Made by a program: the position numbers and the translations under genes
Shown: one piece after another, positions 25,403-39,297 of the stretch
Layout: each line of letters opens with the position of its first letter
Numbering within the stretch: position 1 is the stretch's first letter
The notes under the pieces: model-generated
Told to the model about the DNA's origin: nothing
Databases searched by the model: none
What the model saw: only the letters and a program-made list of their open reading frames with translations
Assembly (NCBI GenBank): GCA_951406725.2
Contig: OX597827.1
Span: forward strand, 51,088,001 to 51,152,000
Source of the DNA: Octopus vulgaris
Taxonomy: Eukaryota
Direction: 5' to 3'
Length of the DNA stretch: 64,000 nucleotides

Positions 25403-26130
25403 TTAAAGAATTGAAAAACGTGCCTAAAATCAAGGTCCCAAAGAATATTTACTTAACAGTCTCCAACAGGAGATCAATGCAGCTGTGGGCTGACAAACTG
25501 TTTGGGCAGTGAACAGCACAACTATTCCATGCTCAAAATTCAGTGCTACTCATGCTCAGTGCACAAGAAAACAGAGCTCATACAAGTGCTCAAACGTAGG
25601 AATGCAATTTTCAAACTTATACCGCCTAACTTAAGTCAAACTTATACCTCCTAAAACATCTTACTTGTAGCCATTAGATGTATCAGTTATTGGTCCTTTC
25701 AAGAAAGCCCTTCATGCTGAATGGGAGAATTGGTTTTCAAATGGCAAAAAGGAGTATACAAATAAAAGATATCGCAACAAACCTTCTTATAAAGAGATAG
25801 TGACGCAAGCTGTTGCCACTTTAAATAAAGAAACAATAAAGCGTGCATTTTGAATGTTGTGGAATTGATGCTCATGGACAGACTGTAGAGCAAAGCCTCT
25901 TAAACTCACACTTACAGGATGTTTTGTCTGACCTTGAGGTAAATGCGCCAGATGCACATAATGACAAAACTGAAGAAGATGAGATACAAGTAAGTGAAAT
26001 TCGCTCTGATGTGAATTATGGCCAAGCAACAGATGAAGAAATTCATGATATTTAACTTGAAACTATTCAGTTATTTTTCGTTTTGGGATTTGGTTTGCAA
26101 GATTCTTTATATGAGTTCGTGTGTTGAAGC

Positions 26131-26320
26131 ATATTCTGTTGTGTCTGGGGAGAGTCATTCTCTTTTAGTGCCTTATTATTTAAGACACTCACCGGTAAAA
26201 TTTCCACTTCTTTCTTTTTTTTTTTTTTCTAAATAAGAAATAAATGGAAATTTTACCAGTGACTGTGTTAAATAATAAGGCACTAAAAGAGAATGACTCT
26301 CCCCAGACACAACAGAATAT
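26131..26320. mobile_element. Palindromic MITE
   Basis: About 75-bp near-perfect inverted arms starting ATATTCTGTTGTGTCTGGGGAGAG. Confidence 0.85.
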
Positions 26321-26892
26321 TCAGTTATTATTCTACCATAAATGCCCAAGGATATTATTTGTTCATACAAGGTCTCTATTCATGTTATCAACAGTTTAAT
26401 TTTCAATATTTCCTAATAGATCCATTGTTAACTTCAGAATATTTTTTAACATGCTACTTCTTTTAAGGCTGTTTCAGTTTCTTTGTGTCTATATATCCGA
26501 TAACTGAAATGATAGAAGTTCAATGGAATTGTATAAAATAAATATGATTTTAGAGAATATTGTTGTTTTTTCCTAGGTGAAATATTTTACTTCCATATTA
26601 CCACCCATAAGCGCTTATGGGCAGTTATTTAAGCCGAAAAATAGATTTATAAAATAGAATTTTCCGTTTAACAGCCCTCGGTGGATTTTCAGAAAAACCC
26701 GGTATATACATACACTTATATACATATACACACACATGTATATTTTCTCTCTTTATTTTCTCTCCTTGTTTCTTTCTGTAGAAGAGCATAGGCTCGACAT
26801 GTTAAAGACTTTTCCACTTCTCAAGCGTTATACTAATACATCTGTTTGTTGTCCACACCACCTGTTTTCGTCTTTTAATTTTTTGTGAATTC

Positions 26893-26896
<4 letters not shown>

Positions 26897-26966
<70 letters not shown>

Positions 26967-27021
26967 CATATATATATATATATATATACATGTATATATA
27001 TATACATAAATATATATATAC

Positions 27022-27052
<31 letters not shown>

Positions 27053-27271
27053 CATATATATGCATATATTTACATATATATACATATATATACATATATA
27101 TACATATATATGCATATATATACATATATATATGCATATACATGTATATATATACACATACATAAACATGTATATATATACACATACATATACGTGTATA
27201 TATACATACATACATATACATGTATATATACATACATATACGTGTATATATACATACATATACATGTATAT

Positions 27272-27312
<41 letters not shown>

Positions 27313-27338
27313 TACACATATACATGTAGATATATATA
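26897..27338. repeat. Compound TA/CA microsatellite
   Basis: Direct inspection. Confidence 0.95.
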
Positions 27339-27586
27339 TTGTGAAATATATTTGCCACTTAAATGTGGCTAACCCTTAAGGGTGGACGCTACTGTAGCTT
27401 GTAGCCCCAGCAGGACACCTCCTCCAGCTGGCTATTGACACACTTTCTGTGCCCTATCAGGGCTATAAGGCTGTGCCCTAACAAGGCACAGAAAGTGTGT
27501 CAATAGCCAGCTGGAGGAGATATGCTACAGTAGCATCCCCGCTTAAGGGTTAGCCACATTTAAGTGGCAAATATACTTCACGATAT
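27337..27586. mobile_element. Palindromic MITE next to TA arrays
   Basis: About 100-bp inverted arms (ATATTTGCCACTTAAATGTGGCTAACCCTTAAG / reverse complement). Confidence 0.85.
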
Positions 27587-27630
27587 CATGCAGCTACTAT
27601 TTATACCTGCTAGATTTATTATTGCTCAGA

Positions 27631-27826
<196 letters not shown>

Positions 27827-28029
27827 TATACAGAGAGACATGACAGAAGCAAATAGATACCCTATAAAACATCATTTTATGTTTATTTTAGCTTGAAAAA
27901 GTTTATAGTTTTTATTAATTGACATTTTTATGTTTCAGGTTCTATATGACTATTTTATCATGCCACATACAAAATAAACCTTGGAACAGGTGTGCTAACA
28001 TTTCTGCCAGCTCGCTGCTAGCTGATACT

Positions 28030-29977
28030 ATATTTCTGGTAAGGCAACTGCAGGAGAGAAACCTAGACAAAGATAAACCTCTGTACTTGGCTTTTGTTGG
28101 CTTGCAGAAGGCCTTTGACAGGATCCCCCGACCCTTATCTGGTGGTCAGTACAGAAACTAAGGATAGACGAGTGGTTGGTAAAAGCTGTACAGGCCCTGC
28201 ACAAGGATGCTGTCAGTAAGGTGAAGGTTGGCAATGAGTATAGTGAAGAATTCTGGGTAGAGGGAGGAATTCACCAAGGATCAGTCCTCAGTCCCCTCTT
28301 ATTCATCATAGTCCTCAAGGCAATAACAGAGAAATTCAAGACAGGCTACCCCTGGAAGCTCCTCTATGCTGATGACCCTGCTCCAATAGCTGAGTCACTA
28401 CCAGAACTATAAATGAAATTTCAAATGTGGAAGCAAGGTCTAGAATCGAAGGGCCTTAGAGTCAGTCTAGCAAAAACCAAAGTCCTAGTAAATAGGAAGG
28501 CAGAAAATCACAAATCTCTTCAGGTAGATGGCCCTGCTCAATCTGTAGAGAAGGCATAGGTAGAAACTGCATAAGATATACCCAGTGTAAGCTATGGGAA
28601 CATAAGAAGTGCAGCAATATCAAAGGAAGGTTAACCAGGAAGAGAGGTTTTGTGTGTGGTAGATGCACAGGGGCAATAAACACCAAAGATGTACAGAAAA
28701 CAGATTCCATCACATGCCAGGGGGAGGAACTAGAAGTAGTTGATAGCTTCTGCTACTTGTATGACCAAGTTTGTAGAGGGGGTGATTGCTCTGAGAGTGT
28801 TGCCACTAGAAAAAGAAAAGCCTGAGCAAAGTTCAGAGAGCTCCATCCTCTGTTGGAAACAAAGGGCCTTTTCCTCAGAGTGAAAGGTAGACAGTATTGA
28901 TGCATGTGTGCGAACAGCCATGCTACACAGCAGTGAAACATGGGCTGTGACTGCTGAAGACATGCGTAGGCTTGAAAGAAATGAAGCTAGTATGATCTGC
29001 TGGGTGTGTAGTGTCAGTGTGCATACCCAACAGAGTATAAGCGCCCTGAGAGAAATGTTGGACATAAGAAGCATCAGATGTGGTGTGCAAGAGAGAGAAC
29101 TGCACTGGTGTGGTCAAGTGCTGTGTATGGATGAGGAGAGCTGTGTAAAGAAGTACCACACGCTAACAGTGGAAGGAACTTGTGAAAGAGGGAGACCCAG
29201 AAAGACATGAGATGAGGTGGTGAAGCACGACCTTCACACATTGGGCCTCCCAGAGGCAATGACAAGAGACTGAGACCTTTGGAGATATGCTGTGATTGAA
29301 AAGAGCCAGCAAGTAAAATGCGACCACAGACATGGCTGATACCAATGTCACATAACCAGCCCATTTAAAAGTACCCTTGAATCGTCAGTGATATGCTGTG
29401 CTTGAGAAGACCTGTTGAGTCAAGTGAAATAAAATCGTGGCCAATGACACGGCAAGTAAAGCAAGATCACAGCCATGACTGATATCAGTGTAGCATAACC
29501 AGCCCATTAAATGAATCATTGGGCAATACGCTGTGCCTGAGTAGACCTATTAAGTTAAGCATAATTGAAATCAAAATGGAAATCATAGTTGTGGCCGATG
29601 CCACTGCCACCTGACTGGCACCTGCGCTGTTGGCACGTAATAAGCACCATTCAAGCATGGGTCAATGCCAATGCAGCCTGACTGCCTCCCCATGACAGTG
29701 CCCCCTGACTGGCTCCTGTGCCAGTGGCATGTAAATAGCACCATCTGAACATAGTTGATGCCAGAGCTGCCTGACTGGCTCCCATGCTGGTGGCACATAA
29801 AAAGCACCCACTACTACAGTCTTGGAGTGGTTGACATTAGGAAGGGCATCCAGCTGTAGAAAATGTGGCAGATCAGATTGGAACCTGGTGCAGCCTACTG
29901 GCTTGCCAGTCTTCAGACAAACCATCCAAGGCATGCCAGCATAGAAACGGACATTAAACAATGATGATGATGATGAA
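28030..29977 (+). mobile_element. 5'-truncated RTE LINE: decayed RT, 3' UTR and (GAT)n tail
   Basis: LYLAFVGLQKAFDRIP, IHQGSVLSPLLF, LLYADD, MLHSSETW and GRPRKT motifs; the 3' UTR is the abundant dispersed repeat of this window. Confidence 0.9.
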
Positions 29978-30021
29978 TGTATGCATACATGTATATGTAT
30001 ATGTGTGAGTGTATATATATA

Positions 30022-30354
30022 CTAGCAGCATAGCCCAGCGTTGCCCGGGTATGTAAGAACCCCTAGTAGGCAATGACTTGCGGCTGCAGCTGCGATTAGC
30101 AGAGGTATGCTAAGGTTATGTTGTCTGGTCATGTTTTCTCTCGTTGACTGCTTGAAGTGGCAGAATTTATAAATTTTTTTCAGAACTGGGGGAACTTTTC
30201 AAAATTTTCGCTGCGTTAGTTTTGAATTATGACATTGGGCTATGTGTGTGTCAAGTTTCATCAGAATCGGTTGAAAGCCATGGTCAAGGTGAGGGTACAA
30301 CCTGACAGACACACAGACACACAGACAGACAACTTGCCTTTTATATAGAGAAGA
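30022..30354 (-). mobile_element. Non-autonomous Helitron-like element
   Basis: A|TC start, TGTC repeats, subterminal GC hairpin, CTAG|T end. Confidence 0.65.
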
Positions 30355-31919
30355 TATATCAGTATGAATATCTATACATACATACATATGTATGGTGTCT
30401 ATTTGCTTCTTGCAGAGTTTGACCTTTTCTTGTCCCGGCATTAGATCACAAATCACTTTTGAGCCCTGAAAGGTGTTTGAAGAGCTGATCACATATACTG
30501 CAGTAGCTACATTTCCCATTCATCTATTAAGAATTTTTAAGTGTCACTTCAATCTTCCATGTGACTTGCAGATTTTTTGACAGACATTGCATTGAAAACT
30601 GCTCATCCAGAACGAGATTCCAATGGTTCATGTATACCATGCCCACACTGGCATGCTGGTTCACCAGCATGAAATATGCATATTTTTGTGGGGTTTTGGA
30701 TATGAACAACAAAAAGCATTTAAGATGATACCCAATTACTAAAACCAGTAAACCTTTGTTTCTAATTTAAGAGTAATGAACCCATCATCTCCTGGGTTAC
30801 TTAGAAATGCATTACTTTGTACAAGTCTAGAAATAAGACATGTGAAGTCAATCAGGTATCAAACAAATCAAAACAATGTAGATGGTAAATATTGGTTTCA
30901 AATTTTGACACAAAGCCAGCAAGTTTGGAGGATGGGGAATTAATTGATTACATCAAGCCCAGTGATCAACTGGTACTTATTTTATCAACCCAGAAAAAGG
31001 ATGAAAAATCAAAGTCAATCTCAGCAGAATTTGAGCTCAGAATGTAAAAACTGAAGAAACAACATTATGTATTTTTGTCTGATGTGCTGACAATTCTGCT
31101 AGATTAATGCCTTGTAGATGGTAAATATGAAAACCATTTCCTCACTAAATATAAAACTAAAAGTCAAAAAAATTTTGATCCAAAAAATAGGCCACCTCCC
31201 TCTCTGCTATATTCAGATTCAGTCATCATCATCATTTCACATCCACCTTCCATGGATGCCCTTCCTAACACCAACCTCCCAACAGAGTGAAGCACAGGTG
31301 AGGTCAGTTTTGGCATGGTTTTTACAGCTGGATGCCCTTCCAAACACCAACCACTGTGGACTGGATACTTTTTACGTGGCACCAGCGTTGGCAGAGTCAA
31401 CAAGTAACTTGCAAAACAAAGAACCTTTGAGAAGGGAGGAGGCGTTGGAGGAGGTGATCTTCTGTCAGATGATAAAAGGTGAGAGTATGACAGAGAGACA
31501 GAGAGAGAGAAACAGGGGTCTTGCTGTAAAGGAGGTACATCAATAGTTTTGTAAGTTACATGGCAACCTCACTAGTGCTGGTGCAATGGAAAAAGCACCC
31601 ACTACACTCTGTAAAGCGGTTGGCATTAAGAAGGGAATCTAGCAATAGAAGCCATGCCAAAATCATGACACTGGAACACAATGTGGCCCTCCAGACTGTT
31701 GGATCCTGTTGAACTGTCTAACGAATGCCAGTATGGAAAGCAGACATATGATGATCTTGCTGATGACAATGATATAGATTATGATGATGATGGTGGAAAA
31801 AGCTCTTGAATTTATTTGGTTCAATAATTGTATTTTGAATAGTGTCTAATAATATTCAGTAAAAGCAAATGCATAACAACCAAAATGAAGGAAAAGAAGA
31901 AACAATGTAAAAAACTCAC

Positions 31920-32008
31920 ATCCAATTAGCATGACTTCCGCTGTGGTAATCTTTAGGAATTAATCACAAAAGTAAATATTGCTCGTCGTCTAAAGTCACT
32001 GCCACATC
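31920..32008 (-). other. Probable 89-nt non-coding 5' UTR exon of the ZNF gene
   Basis: Acceptor tttttgttaattttctag|G and donor GAT|gtgagt on the minus strand flank unique sequence; stops in all three frames. Confidence 0.6.
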
Positions 32009-32914
32009 CTAGAAAATTAACAAAAATTTACTTTTTAAAATTTGTCTCAGTAGCTGAGCAGGTTTTGCCATATAAATATATATCTGGATACTACATAAGC
32101 TCCTAAAGAAATTGGGATTCCAGAAATTTTTGCTGAGGCAGGTAAAATAAAGTGTCATTCATTAAAAGCAAAATAAGAAACCACAGTTAAGTACATTGAT
32201 ACAGATAAAATAAAAATTTCAAAGACATAATTCTTCTGCTAAAAAAAAATGATGTTATGCAAGAAAAAGCTTTGTGTTTCAATAATGAATTATATTAGAA
32301 ACTCAGTGCAGATAAAAACCTTATTTTACATAATAAAGATAAAAACATTTCCTAATGAAGAATTATAAATTTATATATATCATATAGACGCAGGAATAAC
32401 TGTGTGGTTTAAGATGCTTTTTTCCCAACCACTTGGTTCTGAGTTCAGTGTCTTCTACTATAGCACTGGGCTTACCAAAGCCTTGTGAGATGATTTGGAA
32501 GATGGAATGTGGAAGAAACTTGGCATATATAGTAGAAGATTCTCATCCAGGTTGCCATGGTGTGTGTGTGTGTGAGAGAGAGAGAGATAGAGAGAGTTGG
32601 TGTCTCCCTACCTTGACATCACATGATTGTTATAAACATGTGTCACCAACATACAAGTTGTGCCCTTCATTTCCAATCTTCCATGGCTGTGGGGGGGGGA
32701 AAAATTACCTAACTTGGAAACTGGTGAGGGTTGGTGACAGGAAAGGCATCCAGTCATAGAAATTCCATCTCAACAAATTCCACCTAACTCATGCAGGCAT
32801 AGAAATGGGAACATTAAACAATGAGGATGATGGTGGTGGTAATAATCATCATTAATGGAAAATGATAAATAATGTGTCAGTTACCATTCCCCATAAATAA
32901 GTTAGTATATATTT

Positions 32915-33383
32915 ACTCTTTTACTTGTTTCAGTCATTTTGACTGCGGCCATGCTGGAGCACTGCCTTTAGTCGAGCAAATCGACCCTGGGACTTATTCT
33001 TTGTAAGCCTAGTACTTATTCTAGCGGTGTCTTTTGCCGAACCGCTAAGTTACGGGGACGTAAACACAACAGCATCAGTTGTCAAGCGATGTTGGGAGGA
33101 CAAACACAGACACACAAACACACACATATATATATGGCGGTGCCCCAGCATGGCCACAGCTCATTAGCTGAAACTGGAAAATCAAAATCAAAATCAAATA
33201 TATATATATAAATACATATACGACAGGTTTCTTTCAGTTTCCGACTACCAAATCCACTCACAAGGCTTTGGTCAGCCCAAGGATATAGTAGAAGACACTT
33301 GCCCAAGGTGCCACGTAGTGGGACTGAACCCGGAACCATGTGGTTGGTAAGCAAGCTACTTACCACACAGCCACTCCTGTGCC
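32915..33383 (-). mobile_element. tRNA-derived CORE-type SINE
   Basis: Reverse complement of the 6185-6610 family, with a short insert in its TA tract. Confidence 0.85.
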
Positions 33384-33769
33384 TATATTTATAAATTTCT
33401 TATTAACTTCCACTACACTCACAATGCATACTCAGATTGGAATACCGAATTGCATTCCAAGAATTAAATTGATTCAAAAGCAATTATTTGAAGAGATACA
33501 CAACTAAGTACCTTCCATACGGAAGATGAACATACATAGGGTTATGTATAACCTTAACAAAATGAACACAACTGATTTAGTGTAACTTTCACTACACTCA
33601 AAATACATTCCCAGAGCTATCTTCTTGACTTGTCAATTTTCAATCTTTCTCCCCCTACATGGATTTGTCCAATTCTAATGAAATATCTGAAGTGTGTATC
33701 ATTCCCATGAAATTAAATCACTATGGCTTTGCCGACTACTAATTAGCTGCCCTCTCTTCACAATGATAA

Positions 33770-34133
33770 AATATATAAACGGCAAAATGTCTGTCTGTGT
33801 GTGCGTGTCTTTTATACAAATCCACAATTTTTCAGTTAGAGGCCTCGCACTTTCTATGGTCATTCAAAACCGTCCAAGGATGGTCGTGCACATCTTTACA
33901 TTTCCCCAGTCACCCTGCAAAGCCATTAAAAAATCAATAGAAGTGACTTTTTTGTGAATTTTCTCTCCAAAACCCAATCATAATGCCCAAAACGTGATAC
34001 GCCAATTGAATGCCAGCTAGCTGTATGTGATTGGTCGGAGATTTGGACAGTACTCACGTGTATGTGCGCACGCACGCAGCTGTATATGCATGCACTAGCA
34101 CTATGACCTGGCAACGCCGGGCCATAGAGCTAG
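33770..34133 (+). mobile_element. Non-autonomous Helitron-like element
   Basis: TGTC-repeat 5' region and 3' hairpin plus CTAG|T, same terminus family as 11949-11989. Confidence 0.6.
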
Positions 34134-34409
34134 TCAGTCATAAAATAACTCCTTTAGCACCATGAATCTCATTTCCTTTTCAGTGGTAAACAATACACTT
34201 TCTGTAAAGCCAGATTTATTAGTGGCTTGCACCCCTACCACTCCTCAGTGTTTTCTTGCCTTTAAAAGTTTCATTAAAAGCAATATCAGCAAAGCCTTTA
34301 GTTTTGTCTAGCAAGAAAAGTAGCCTCCCTGTGGTCTCTATCCATCTCTTTCATAGATCAGAACTTTCTTGACAGACTGCACTATTGCACTATATGGTCA
34401 TGGAGCTCT

Positions 34410-34665
34410 CTCCAACGTCTGCTTTCCATGCTATGCTAGCATGGGTTGGATGATTTTGACTGAGGGCTGGCGAACCAGATGGCTGCACCAGGCTCCAATC
34501 TTGATCTGGCAGAGTTTCTACAGCTGGATGCCCTACATAATGCCAACCATTCCGAGAGTGTAGTAGGTGCTTTTTACATGCCACCGGCACGAGGGGGCCA
34601 GTCAGGCGGTACTGGCAACGACCTCGCTCAAATCTTTTTACACGTGCCACCAGCACAGGTGCTGG
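34410..34665 (-). mobile_element. RTE-tail repeat
   Basis: Same family, inverted. Confidence 0.8.
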
Positions 34666-35430
34666 CTCCAACCCTCTTCCTCCAGTACATTAATAACTTA
34701 ATTGTTGTTATTTTAATCCCACACACTCATATACAACCCTTTATTCTTCATGCAACTTAGACACTTCAAACCACACTTACAGCCCACCAAATGCACCCTT
34801 CCTTCTGTCATTTCTATAATCTTAACTACACCCTAAAACCACATACTAAATACTTTATCAAATCATTTATCTCAAAAGTAGTGTTTCTCAAGGTGGGGCA
34901 TGTTACTTCCGAAAGAAGCATAAGTAACAAGGAAATAAAACTTGCAATAAAATTTTAATTAAAACTTAAGCAAAGTAAAATCAGTCATCCCTCCATACAG
35001 GCTTGTCCTTTATAGGTGTCGGTACCATGTAAAATGCACTTGTGCCAGTGGCATGTGAAAAGCACCTAGCACACTCTGTTAGGAAGGGCATCCAGCCATA
35101 GAAACTATGCGACAACAGACAATCAGAGTCTGGACAGCTTCCTGTCAAACCATCCAACCCATGCCAGCATGGAAAACAGACATTAAACAATGATGATGAT
35201 GATCTCCCCACCACTACACAGTCAATAACACTATAAAAAGAGTCAAAAATTCCTGCAAGAACTTACTTCAATTTGGCGGCTCCACTAGAATGGATGAAAG
35301 CGCTAATATATGATATATGATGAATAAAAACATGTAACATACTAATAAATATCTGTAAATATAAAACCATCTGAATTTCTGAGTACCTCATTTCCTCTAA
35401 TATAAAATACCTGTACATCATCTCCAAACC

Positions 35431-35483
<53 letters not shown>

Positions 35484-36649
35484 TAAATAGTAACTTTGTC
35501 CATTCATGGTGGAATGCATGTTTCTTTGAAAAACTGAAGTGGGGCATGGGACAAAAAGGGTCAAGAAATATTGATCTAATAGTTCTCAGAAATGCCCCCA
35601 CTACCCCTATTTTCTTACTTATGATGACTTGAAGAAATTTCAACCAAAATCAATCATATCAATCTCACCAATATGATGTACCTTTAAAGGTCATAAACAT
35701 TGCTTCTCTCACTCTCTAACAGATAAACAAAGATCAGAAGTCATGTTATAGCCACCCACACTTTCTTTAGAAATTCATATTCAAAGATAATAATTCAGTA
35801 AATTTAGACAGTTACTTATGAATTGTAGGAACAAATATTATTAAGTGTTACATATTCTTAACGCTAACAATTGATTTAAGTACGTGTGACAACTACTTTC
35901 AAATAGGCAGGCTTGATAACACACAGCACGAGAAACCATTCTGACCAACCTCTTCGGCTACAGAAAAGACTACTGAAACCTACTGCCATCTGAGAAGTAA
36001 CAATGCAAGTTATGCAGAAAAGTATAAGATAGAAATTCCATTTAGTCTATCCAATGTAAACTATGGGTGTACAAGGTGCAGTTGAATCACAAGCAAGTTG
36101 ACGGAGAGGGAAGACTTTATTCGTGACAGTTAAGAGCACATTTGAAACATTCTTTCAAATGCCAAGTAGACTCCAAAGCTTTTCTTATCTAGTTAACCTA
36201 ATTATCAATGGAAATTGCTTCTCAGAAAGCGTCTGAAAGAAAAACTGAGTATAAGAGGCAGTGTGAAAAACAGAAAACTCGCTGGTGCAGAGATGTGATG
36301 TATATGGTGGATGACATTTGGGTAAAGTACCAAGCAATCCAAGTGGAAAGACCTTGTAAAAGATCAAGACCAAAGAAGGATGGGAGGAGATTGTGAAAGC
36401 TGATCTCAGGGGTGTGAACTTCACAAAGGAAATGATAAGGGACTATGGAGACTGCTAAACAGGAAGGGACCCATACAACACATGCAGGCATGGAAAAAAA
36501 AGGGACAACAATGATGATGATGACTTACAAACATTACACACAGATCTTTATAAAAACATTTCCCAATAACTCCCTTTTTGCCCCTACATATCTCAAAAAT
36601 TGCTTCAAGAAACCCATTGCTACAGGTCGGAAGTGGCTATAAATACAGC

Positions 36650-39020
36650 AATTCTCGTGGAGCAACGATAAAAATGCCCCAAATATTGTCAATTTTGCAA
36701 TATTAGTCAATTCTGCTAATATTTATTTGCTTTCAATCTAGTGACATCTAATCGAGCTAATAAAGACAAGATATTCCGTATAAATGGACATTTACAGGAA
36801 TTATTCCTAGATAAGACACTAAAAGAATGTTTCGTAACTGTGTTTTCTTAAGATTTCTTACCAAATTCTTTAGAACACATTGAAATACTTGAAGCATGAG
36901 CTGAACTCATTACTTTTAGATCAATAAAAAGCTTTCACCTGTTAGCTACTACACATTGACAAATCTATACTCACAACGTTACTACTGTTATTTTTTATTT
37001 GAAGTATTTTAGTTTTTAAATGAATCAAAATATAATTTTATTGTAGTTCCGTGACTATGTTGTTATCCGAATATATGATTTAATACAAATGCGCTTTCTA
37101 CAGTATATTCTAATTTGTAATATATTTAATAATAATATACACTATAAAGAATGATTTATAAGTGTATACGAATTTAAGCGTATTGCATACATATTTTAGG
37201 TACAAGTTACTTAACAACAAAAAGAGAGGCGGTGGAAAAGAGTAATGCACTTTTCATATCATTTGTATTCCCATATGGTCTTGCAAAAAGAAAAAAAAAG
37301 ACTCGTGCAGTCTCACCATTACCTAATTATTTCAGCAGTAAAGAAAGAATTACTTATTGACTTTTATTCTGACAACAGTAATAAGCTGGTAACGATTGAA
37401 AATTGATGATTTAAAACAAATTTCACAACCATCAAAAATCGTGAAAAAGTTTTATATAAAATCATGCATGAACAGACGAAAAGTTTAATTGTAACAAAAT
37501 TGTAATTTTAATTAATGTTTCTTCGTCTTTCACGGATATCTGTGTATGTGCATGCGTGGTGTATGTATGTGCATGGTGTGATTACGACAAATGAAAATTA
37601 CCTTGGAAAATAGGTAAACAATAAATACATTTTGACTTAGTGAATTAAATGTTTATTGATAATTGTAAAAGGTCTATGCAAATTGAGCGAAAATAGGAAT
37701 AGTAAATTTTTTTTTCTTAATTTGCCGAGAGTAAAAAAAAAAAACAAATATATAATAAATCAATTATGAAATTAAAAAGACAACAGCTTTCAATGAACTG
37801 ATTGCATTTACAATCTTAGAAATCGGGTTTTCAATGAGATAAACATCATTAGTGAACAAACACACCGTCAGTTTCTATTGGCAAATATTTAATAGGTTAT
37901 AGGTAAAAATCATCGATATAAAGATAGACTTCTAATACACTGATTAACAAACAATCACGAATGCAAGAATTCATAAATATAATAATAGCGTTAACGGATG
38001 TTTCTTAAACCATTTTGCACAAAAATACTTGAAAAATAATTTAATGAACCAATTTGCTTGATATAGTCGACTGAAACATCTTAATAGAACGGGAATAACA
38101 CGAATTATGAACCACCCAGTAAACAAATGTCATCTGTTTTAGTGTGCAGGAATTATTCATGTAAGCTATATTTTTGTTTCTATCAGTATATTTTATTAAA
38201 TATTTCAAAATTATTTATTTCGATTGTAAAAATTACTTACCTTATTAAGGTAAATGACAATATAGAAGCAGTAATTCTAAGATCTAAGACACCAGTTTCG
38301 TGGAGACATCAACAAGGGGCAGGTAACTCAAACTATCGTTGTATTTCATTTAATTGCTTAATTACAACTTAACATGAAGTATTTTTCATAACATTTTGAT
38401 GGAACTATTTTACTTTTTCTATTTCAACTTAACAAAATACTAAAAAAGAATATATATAAATACGTTAACGATATAAGTATAGACTAGAAATTAACCAGTA
38501 AAAAATATAAGTGATAACTAACACCGGTGTCACCGGTTGTTGTTACAAAATTGCAAAATGAGACACAAAGGAGTGATAAAAAAAATTATTTGCTCCACAA
38601 CTTGTTCATAAATCTTATTGGGAATTTATAATTCTCGAACATGCTTACGCTTCTGACGATTACATATTATTTAATTCTTTTTTAATGTTTAGTTTGCAAT
38701 TACAAATAAAGTTCTCAGGTAATCGTTATGCTGTTTAAATAAACAATATTTTGCGCCTCTTTTGTTTTGTTTGTTTTTCAGTTCCCTAATACCAAATGTT
38801 AAAAATACTTCAATACTTAGTTTTACATATATATGTGTGTGTATTGTTGTTGTTATTTTATTGCGAACGTTTAAGCGAAAAACAGCTGCTTGGAATATAA
38901 GTTAATCAGAATCCACGAATTAAGTTTAATGCTGCAAGAAAAATTTCTTGTGTTAAGGAATAATGAACAGTTTTTGGATAAATTAAATCTATTTGTTTTT
39001 GTTTTATTTTTTTAACTTCA
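36650..39020. promoter_or_regulatory. TE-free region, probable bidirectional promoter/first-exon zone
   Basis: About 2.4 kb without SINEs or long microsatellites, visibly more CpG than the flanks, divergent splice donors on both strands, palindrome ACACCGGTGT at 38521-38530. Confidence 0.55.
38241..38500 (-). other. Candidate first (non-coding) exon of the ZNF gene
   Basis: Consensus donor AAG|gtaagt on the minus strand (GT at 38240-38239) in the repeat-free region; upper boundary is a guess. Confidence 0.4.
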
Positions 39021-39123
39021 GTCGACTGTGGTTATAACCAGCACCAATTTACTCAAAATAAAAGTATATTTGAATAATTAAAAAAACTTATGTCTGTACA
39101 TTGCCAAATTCATCATTTGAAAT

Positions 39124-39297
39124 ATGGCTCAGGAAAATCTTGACCAAATTCATGTAAGAAATATTGGAATTCCTGTTCCTTTTTCTCTAATGCAAGTGAT
39201 ATTTAGTAACAGAAAAATTTGTTATAAAAGTATAGGTTTTGATGATACTTTTAATCCTCATCACCCTTCATCTCTGATTAACACAATGTTCTTGCAG
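39124..39297 (+). CDS. First coding exon of an unannotated spliced gene (MAQENLDQIHVRNIG...NTMFLQ), RRM-like
   Basis: Acceptor ttttatttttttaacttcag| at 39021, ATG context aatATGG, donor CAG|gttagt at 39297/39298 (phase 0); upstream donor CAG|gtaatc at 38718. Confidence 0.65.

Larger units (their letters stand above)
24300..26702 (+). mobile_element. Decayed pogo/Tigger-type DNA transposon
   Basis: CENP-B-like HTH (LELELLQWI), IYNMDE and PLDVSVIGPFK motifs; right end ...AAAAACCCGG|TA; left boundary uncertain. Confidence 0.8.
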
